From: Opitutia bacterium
Lineage (GTDB): Bacteria > Verrucomicrobiota > Verrucomicrobiia > Opitutales > Seribacteraceae
Reading direction: 5' to 3'
NCBI GenBank assembly: GCA_018675995.1
Contig: JABGWZ010000065.1
Location: 783 to 64,782, forward strand
Length of the DNA: 64,000 bases
A program made the position numbers and the translations under genes. The notes below the pieces were generated by a model. That model was not told the DNA's origin and searched no databases. It was given only the letters and a program-made list of their open reading frames with translations. This document shows positions 58,395 through 64,000 of this stretch, piece after piece. The first letter of the stretch is position 1. Each line of letters opens with the position of its first letter.

Positions 58395-58901
58395 TTGAAC
58401 GCAATTATTCGCAGAGGGCGCGAGTCCGACATGCCCGCCCTGCGGGATATTATCAACTACTACATCACCCATTCGGTGGTTACTTTTGAAATGGTTGAAA
58501 TGTCATTGGAAAACAGACAAACGTGGTTTACCCAATTCACAAATAATGGCCGGCATCAATTGATGGTCGCAGAAACCAATGGAGAGATTGTTGGATATGC
58601 GGCTAGTCTGCGATTCCTACTGCGACCTGCATATGCTCCTTCTGTGATGACTAGTATATATCTTCGTAAAGATCAGGTCGGAAAAGGAATTGGAGAAAAT
58701 GTATACTCTACCCTCCTCGAAAATTTAAAAAATGTGGAAGGAGTCCACCGAGCTTACGGATTGGTTGTTTTACCAAACTCAGGCTCTGAAAAACTGCACG
58801 AAAAACTAGGCTTCCAAGTGGCTGGATTACTCCACGAAGGAGGATATAAATTTGGAAAGTATCATGATGTTCGAATCTACGAACATCGTCTTGGAAAGTG
58901 A
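58395..58901 (+). CDS. GNAT N-acetyltransferase (phosphinothricin acetyltransferase/MnaT-like)
   Basis: INYYI..SVVTFE, IVGYA, GKGIG, PNSGSEKLHEKLGF, GYKFGKYHDV. Confidence 0.88.
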   Translation: MNAIIRRGRESDMPALRDIINYYITHSVVTFEMVEMSLENRQTWFTQFTNNGRHQLMVAETNGEIVGYAASLRFLLRPAYAPSVMTSIYLRKDQVGKGIGENVYSTLLENLKNVEGVHRAYGLVVLPNSGSEKLHEKLGFQVAGLLHEGGYKFGKYHDVRIYEHRLGK

Positions 58902-58934
58902 TTCAAAACCACTCTCTATAAGACCTTTCGAATA

Positions 58935-59927
58935 TTAGCCTGGAAGCAGATCGCTGACTAAAGTGCGCTCCTCGTCCAATTCGTTCACAGAAGCATCAAT
59001 CTTACCTCGGGCAAAATCATTGATGGCTACATTTTGAACGATTTCCCAATTCTCTCCATCAGTGCGAATAGGGAAAGAAGTAATCAAGCCTTCTTTTGTT
59101 CCGTAACTTCCATCAGAGGCAACACATACACTATTCCAGTTGCCTTCCAATGTTGGCGTGGTTAATGAGCGAACAGTATCGATCGCAGCGTTTGCAGCTG
59201 AGGCAGCTGATGAAGCACCTCGTGCTTGTATGATTGCGGCACCACGCTGCTGAACGGTAGGAATGAAATCATTTTGTGCCCACGATTCATCTGCAATCAT
59301 ATCGTGAGCGGGTCGGCCATCAATCTTTGCATTGTAGTAATCCGGATACTGAGTAGCGGAATGATTTCCCCAAATCGTAACATTGGACACTTCGGATACC
59401 TGAACCCCCGCTTTGGCGGCTAATTGTGCAGCTGCCCGGTTTTCATCAAGCCGAGTCATGGCAAACCAACGGTCCCTAGGTACATCAGGTGCATTATTCA
59501 TAGCAATCAAACAGTTCGTATTACATGGATTCCCGACAACCAACACCCGGGCATCAGAAGCCGCGTTTGCCTGAATCGCCTTACCCTGCCCGGTAAAAAT
59601 TTTTCCATTAATCCCCAGAAGGTCACCACGCTCCATTCCTGCCTTTCGAGGAACACTCCCCACGAGCAGAGACCAATTCGCGCCTTCAAAGCCTTTATTT
59701 AAGTCACATGTCGGACGAATATCCTTTAGCAGCGGAAAAGCACAATCATCTAATTCCATGCAAACCCCCTCGAGGGCTTTCATTCCAGGTTCGATCTCAA
59801 TTAGGTTAAGTGCAACCGGTTGGTCGGAGCCAAAAACGGCTCCGGACGCGATACGAAAAAGGAGAGAGTAGCCAATTTGACCGGCAGCTCCGGTTACGGC
59901 GACACGGATGGGTGCTTTATCATTCAT
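58935..59927 (-). CDS. mdh: Malate dehydrogenase (type 2)
   Basis: [52 protein letters not shown]. Confidence 0.96.
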   Translation of the reverse strand: MNDKAPIRVAVTGAAGQIGYSLLFRIASGAVFGSDQPVALNLIEIEPGMKALEGVCMELDDCAFPLLKDIRPTCDLNKGFEGANWSLLVGSVPRKAGMERGDLLGINGKIFTGQGKAIQANAASDARVLVVGNPCNTNCLIAMNNAPDVPRDRWFAMTRLDENRAAAQLAAKAGVQVSEVSNVTIWGNHSATQYPDYYNAKIDGRPAHDMIADESWAQNDFIPTVQQRGAAIIQARGASSAASAANAAIDTVRSLTTPTLEGNWNSVCVASDGSYGTKEGLITSFPIRTDGENWEIVQNVAINDFARGKIDASVNELDEERTLVSDLLPG

Positions 59928-59962
59928 AATTTTAAAAGTTTGTTGCTAAGTTAAAATGGTGG

Positions 59963-61021
59963 TTAAGAAAAACGAGCTTTATCAATTACCTCGGCTGACC
60001 GTCGAAGGCAAGCCTCTGTGGTTGCCCAATCAATACAACCATCTGTGATAGATACCCCGTATTCAAGATCTTCGAGTGCACGTGGAAAGCTTTGGCTACC
60101 AGCATTTAAATGACTTTCTATCATTACAGCATGAATTGAATCGGTCCCATTTTGAATTTGACCAAGCACATCTTCGAGCACATCTGGTTGGCGGGCAGGA
60201 TCTTTTTCACTGTTGGCATGACTACAATCAATCATGATTGAAGCAGGTGCGTTTGCATTACGAAGCTCATCTTCTGCCTTAGTCACATGCTCGGCCTGAT
60301 AGTTAGGTCCATGGGTACCACCACGAAGGATGAGTTGACAGTCTGGATTGCCCTCGGTTGTAACCGCGGAGGCTCGGCCGTCCTCAGTAATTCCCAAAAA
60401 AGTTTGGCTCATACTCGCTGCAATTATTCCATTAACTGCAGCCTTTACATCACCAGCGGTGGCATTCTTAAATCCTATTGGCATCGATAATCCGGAAGCC
60501 ATCTGGCGGTGAGTCTGGGATTCGGAAGTACGGGCACCAATCGCTGACCAACATAAAGAATCCGCAATGTATTGGGGAGTGATTGGATCCAGCAATTCAG
60601 TCGCTGTAGGGATGCCCATATCCAAAACTTCACCGAGAAATTGACGGGCAATCCGCAAACCTTCAGGAATGTCACAAGTTCCATTTAATTTAGGATCCAT
60701 AATTAGGCCTTTCCATCCCACAGTGGTACGTGGCTTTTCAAAATACACCCGCATGACCAAAACCAATCGGTCCTCAAGCTCGTCACTTAACTTTGCGAAT
60801 CGACTGGCATATTCTCGGCAAGATTCTAAGTCGTGAATTGAACACGGTCCAACTACAGCTAGCAGTCTACGGTCTTCCCCTTTAATTAGAGAATGAATAA
60901 TTTCCCTCGACTGGCGAACCATGGCGTTTTGTTCTGGTGAACGAGGAATTTCTTCACACAGTTCAACTGGGGAAGGCAGGGCCTCGGAATTGCTAATTCT
61001 TAAATTTGTTACTTTATCCAC
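59963..61021 (-). CDS. 3-deoxy-7-phosphoheptulonate (DAHP) synthase, class I-alpha
   Basis: VGPCSIHD, MRVYFEKPRTTVGWKGLI, IGARTSESQTHR, IDCSHANS, YGVSITDGCI. GTG 61021 is preferred. The aroF/G/H subtype is not resolved. Confidence 0.94.
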   Translation of the reverse strand: MDKVTNLRISNSEALPSPVELCEEIPRSPEQNAMVRQSREIIHSLIKGEDRRLLAVVGPCSIHDLESCREYASRFAKLSDELEDRLVLVMRVYFEKPRTTVGWKGLIMDPKLNGTCDIPEGLRIARQFLGEVLDMGIPTATELLDPITPQYIADSLCWSAIGARTSESQTHRQMASGLSMPIGFKNATAGDVKAAVNGIIAASMSQTFLGITEDGRASAVTTEGNPDCQLILRGGTHGPNYQAEHVTKAEDELRNANAPASIMIDCSHANSEKDPARQPDVLEDVLGQIQNGTDSIHAVMIESHLNAGSQSFPRALEDLEYGVSITDGCIDWATTEACLRRSAEVIDKARFS

Positions 61022-61083
61022 AATCAAGCACCATAAATGGGAAGCTTGCATGAACAAGCTAAACTTTTACAATCACTCATTTT

Positions 61084-61983
61084 ATGACCACTTTTTATTA
61101 TAAATTTTCTCCGAAAGGAGTAATCCGCGTAGTAGGTGAAGATGCTGAGGACTACCTTCAAAGCCAATGGAGTATCAATATTAAAAAACTCCCCATTGGT
61201 GGAGTCCGATACGGTTTACGGCTTTCTACCAAGGGCAAGGTACTGGCTGATTCTTACTTTCTCCGTTTGGAAGAAGAAGAATTCATTCTCGTGAGTAAGG
61301 AGTGCGAGGTACAACATATTATTAATCTGTTAAATGAAAATATTGTAGCAGACGAAGTCGAGTTTTTGAATGAAACTCTAAATTGGGATTTCATTGGCCT
61401 TTGGCAAAATAATAAAAATCCAAACTTCCAAGCCATTCAATTGAAAAATCCAGGGGTGAATCAGTTTTCAAGAATTGAAAATGGATTTTTCTTTGAAGAT
61501 TTCCGCGCAGCTCCCGGCACTTTTTCCATGCTCTTGCCGAAGCAACCTCAGTGGGAAGAACTTAACAAATGCACTGTTGTAACCTCATCTGAATATGAAC
61601 GACTTCGGATTGAAGCTGATAAGGCTTCAATTCCATTTGAAATTGGCCCGCAGGATTTGCCTCAAGAAGGAAACCTTGAAAAAGAGGGAGTAGACTTTGA
61701 CAAAGGTTGCTACCTTGGCCAAGAAGTAATGGCCAGAATACATGCAATGGGGAGGGTCAGAAGACAAACCTGCTCAGTTTTTTGGCCAAGCCACCAACTT
61801 CCTCGACTACCCTGCCCAGTATTTGCCTCAAATAAAAAGGTGGGAGAATTAAAAAGCTTGGTTAAAATTAAATCAGATAAAGCAATCGGTATCGCCCTGA
61901 TCCATGAACAGGGAATAAAAACATTACAAGAAGATGGGCTCAGCTTGGAAGAATTTAATGATCACAAAATTTTTAAACTATGA
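61084..61983 (+). CDS. ygfZ: YgfZ/GcvT-like folate-binding protein
   Basis: GEDAEDYLQSQ and the signature DFDKGCYLGQEVMAR. Confidence 0.9.
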   Translation: MTTFYYKFSPKGVIRVVGEDAEDYLQSQWSINIKKLPIGGVRYGLRLSTKGKVLADSYFLRLEEEEFILVSKECEVQHIINLLNENIVADEVEFLNETLNWDFIGLWQNNKNPNFQAIQLKNPGVNQFSRIENGFFFEDFRAAPGTFSMLLPKQPQWEELNKCTVVTSSEYERLRIEADKASIPFEIGPQDLPQEGNLEKEGVDFDKGCYLGQEVMARIHAMGRVRRQTCSVFWPSHQLPRLPCPVFASNKKVGELKSLVKIKSDKAIGIALIHEQGIKTLQEDGLSLEEFNDHKIFKL

Positions 61984-62219
61984 CAGATGAAACAGAACAG
62001 GTGACCAAAATTTTCCTAAATTTGGGAGCTGAACCAAAACTTGCACTTCAAATGGCTAAGCAATTATTAAAACGTGCTGAACAACGATCTAATGATGAAG
62101 AAGTCAGCAAAGCTGAGGCTTTAAAGGAATTACTCGAAGTCGCCGTTTATGGAGCACAAGGAATGTTAAAACCGGGTGATAATGCTCAATCTCAACAAAA
62201 AAAGCCTTTAAAAGGCTAA
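61980..62219 (+). CDS. Small helical hypothetical protein
   Basis: 79 aa, with an ATGA overlap with ygfZ. Confidence 0.7.
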   Translation: MTDETEQVTKIFLNLGAEPKLALQMAKQLLKRAEQRSNDEEVSKAEALKELLEVAVYGAQGMLKPGDNAQSQQKKPLKG

Positions 62220-62324
62220 AAAAACAGTTTTTTTGCAAAAAAAGTTTGACCATAGGCACGAAAACACAGAGCAATAAGCTTGTTTAACTCATCTAACAAT
62301 ACTTCCAAACAAAAGGAAACATAA

Positions 62325-62597
62325 ATGAACAAAGGACAATTAATCGAAGCCGTACAAAAAAAATTAGGCAAGGATACAACCAAAGCAGCAGCAGACGCAG
62401 CTCTAAATGCAGTTATTGATTGCATCACAAAGGCTGTTAAAAAAGAGCCTGTACAAATTATCGGTTTTGGAACCTTTTCGGTTGTAAAACGCGCTGCTCG
62501 TAAGGGTATCAACCCACAAACACGTGAACCGATAAAAATCAAGGCATCCAAATCTGTAAAGTTCAAGCCAGGTGCCAAGCTTAAGGCAGCTATCTAA
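62325..62597 (+). CDS. hup: HU family DNA-binding protein
   Basis: MNKGQLIEAV, VQIIGFGTF, RAARKGINPQT, KFKPG. Confidence 0.96.
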   Translation: MNKGQLIEAVQKKLGKDTTKAAADAALNAVIDCITKAVKKEPVQIIGFGTFSVVKRAARKGINPQTREPIKIKASKSVKFKPGAKLKAAI

Positions 62598-62620
62598 TTG
62601 CTTCACATAATACCCCTTTC

Positions 62621-62649
62621 AAACCCACGGGTAACCGTGGGTTTTTTTT
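62621..62649 (+). terminator. Intrinsic terminator after HU
   Basis: AAACCCACGG-GTAA-CCGTGGGTTT followed by a T-run, with a GNRA loop. Confidence 0.9.
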
Positions 62650-62714
62650 GGAAGTTATCTAAAATAAATATTTAAAAATTCCATAATTTTTAATTTATTT
62701 TAATCCATTCTATT

Positions 62715-63854
62715 ATGAATAACACAGTTCATGCCTTTGCTCCTGGTCGAATCGAGTTTTTAGGTAACCACCTAGATTACAATGGCGGAACCGTTCTTGG
62801 CACAGCAATTAATGCCGGAATTTATGCCGTTGCACAAATGGAGAATGAGCCCACCTTCCATTTAAGGAGCAAAAGTTTTGAGGGCTCAGTAATTTCCGGA
62901 TCCATTGAAAAGCTTGAAAAATTATCAGGGGATCAAAGTTGGGGAAATTACTGCCTGGGAGTACTGAAAGTGCTTCAGGATAAAAACTTGGCTCCAACCC
63001 AAGGATTTTCCCTGACCCTGAGAACAGACTTACCCATGTCTGCGGGATTAAGTTCGAGTGCCGCAGTCGAACTGGCAACCGCTCAATGCCTTCTAGCTCT
63101 TTCAAAACAATCCTTACCCAAAGAAGAACTCGTAAACATTTGCCGGCAGGCAGAAAATGAGTGGGTTGGCTTACCATGCGGAATTTTAGATCAGGGAACA
63201 TCTGCTTTTGGAGAAACTAATCGGGTTGTCCAGATCGACTGTGCCAAAGAGTCCTATTCCACCCTTCCCCTTCCTCTAAGAACCAGTTTCTGGATTTTTG
63301 ATACCGGAATAAAACACGACTTAATTGACTCTCACTACGGTACACGAAACCAGGAATGTAAGGATGCTCTGACAATTATTCAGGCACTTGATGGAAGTAT
63401 TGAATGCCTAACCCAGTGTCCAGTCTCTCTGCTTCAAAATATCGAAATTCCTGAAAACCTGAAAAAAAGGGCTCTACATGTAGTGGAGGAACAAGCAAGG
63501 GTCCACCGTTTCTCGGATGGTTTGCAAAACAAAAGCCTACCGCTGGAACTGGGACCTTTATTAACTGCTTCCCATAAGAGTTCATCATTGAATTTTGAGA
63601 ACAGCCTCCCGGAACTTGACTTCCTAGTTGAAGAATTGCGCAAGGAAGAAAAAGTCTTTGGTGCCAGGCTAACCGGTGGTGGTTTTGGCGGAGCCGTCCT
63701 AGCCTGGACATCTCAGGATTTTTCACAGGCAGATGCGAATCTAATTGCTCTGGAATATGAAAATGAATGGAAGCATAAACCGAACTACCACTCCTTTTTA
63801 CCATCAAAAGGAGCGTGCTTACTCGACCACTCTGATGTTAAACTGGTAAACTAG
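62715..63854 (+). CDS. galK: Galactokinase
   Basis: APGRIEFLGNHLDYNGG, GLSSSAA, CGILDQ, GARLTGGGFGG. Confidence 0.92.
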   Translation: MNNTVHAFAPGRIEFLGNHLDYNGGTVLGTAINAGIYAVAQMENEPTFHLRSKSFEGSVISGSIEKLEKLSGDQSWGNYCLGVLKVLQDKNLAPTQGFSLTLRTDLPMSAGLSSSAAVELATAQCLLALSKQSLPKEELVNICRQAENEWVGLPCGILDQGTSAFGETNRVVQIDCAKESYSTLPLPLRTSFWIFDTGIKHDLIDSHYGTRNQECKDALTIIQALDGSIECLTQCPVSLLQNIEIPENLKKRALHVVEEQARVHRFSDGLQNKSLPLELGPLLTASHKSSSLNFENSLPELDFLVEELRKEEKVFGARLTGGGFGGAVLAWTSQDFSQADANLIALEYENEWKHKPNYHSFLPSKGACLLDHSDVKLVN

Positions 63855-64000
63855 ACAGAAACTGAGACAAGGATGCAAGGAAGCCAGCCCGGTCTTCAAC
63901 ATGCACATCATGTCCTGCCTTTGGCAAGACATCGACTTGGGCACTTGGAAAAAATTCTAGGATTTCAGGTTTATGTTCGGATCGTAAATAACCAGATTTC
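63838..64000 (-). CDS. 3' end of an alpha/beta hydrolase (YbfF-like esterase), truncated by the window edge
   Basis: Hand translation KSGYLRSEHKPEILEFFPSAQVDVLPKAGHDVHVEDRAGFLASLSQFLSSLPV*. AGHxVH is the catalytic His motif. It overlaps the galK end by 17 nt. Confidence 0.7.
   Translation of the reverse strand, partial: KSGYLRSEHKPEILEFFPSAQVDVLPKAGHDVHVEDRAGFLASLSQFLSSLPV

Noticed and set aside
53282-61021. Visibly higher GC in dac, the Tat oxidoreductase, GNAT, mdh and the DAHP synthase, suggesting horizontal transfer
   Set aside because: Judged by eye only. The genes are mostly conserved housekeeping enzymes interleaved with AT-rich genes, and there are no mobility genes or att repeats.
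1-64000. CRISPR arrays, rRNA, IS elements, prophage, riboswitches
   Set aside because: No regularly spaced DNA repeats, transposase/integrase/phage motifs or long structured leaders were seen, and the intergenic gaps are mostly under 200 nt. A covariance-model scan (Rfam) was not possible.

Overview
This is a gene-dense, AT-rich bacterial chromosome segment with many overlapping or abutting ORFs and few Shine-Dalgarno sites. Gene content and protein signatures suggest Verrucomicrobiota, probably a compact-genome Opitutales; this is inferred, not searched. Housekeeping content: rho, coaE, htpG, rplM-rpsI, argCJBDFG, trpG/pabA, nrdR, pheA, ilvD, pgi, dtd, cysK, infA, tadA, sodA, uvrB, nadD, rsfS, mdh, a DAHP synthase, ygfZ, HU, galK, tRNA-Tyr(GTA) and tRNA-Leu(CAA). 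There are two secretion/pilus loci: an orphan pair of PilB/GspE ATPases plus PilC/GspF (0.7-5.5 kb), and a nearly complete T2SS operon in the order G-H-I-J-K-L-M-D-C-E-F followed by a MORN-repeat lipoprotein (40.7-52.7 kb). I saw no CRISPR array, rRNA, integrase or transposase. The best candidates for undescribed biology are: (1) an uncharacterised envelope locus at 25.6-31.6 kb, with two paralogous lipoproteins sharing an ungapped 48-aa domain and a C-terminal SPF[AG]PLPP motif, one translationally coupled to two paralogous membrane-anchored coiled-coil proteins ending in an FlgT-C-like domain; (2) a three-domain PTS EIIA / pyruvate-kinase-C-like / diadenylate cyclase protein, co-oriented with an orphan nuoA, nadD and rsfS; (3) a TRAP1-like Hsp90 preceded by a membrane J-domain protein and an unannotated 28-aa membrane peptide. 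All family assignments come from motif recognition, not database searches.
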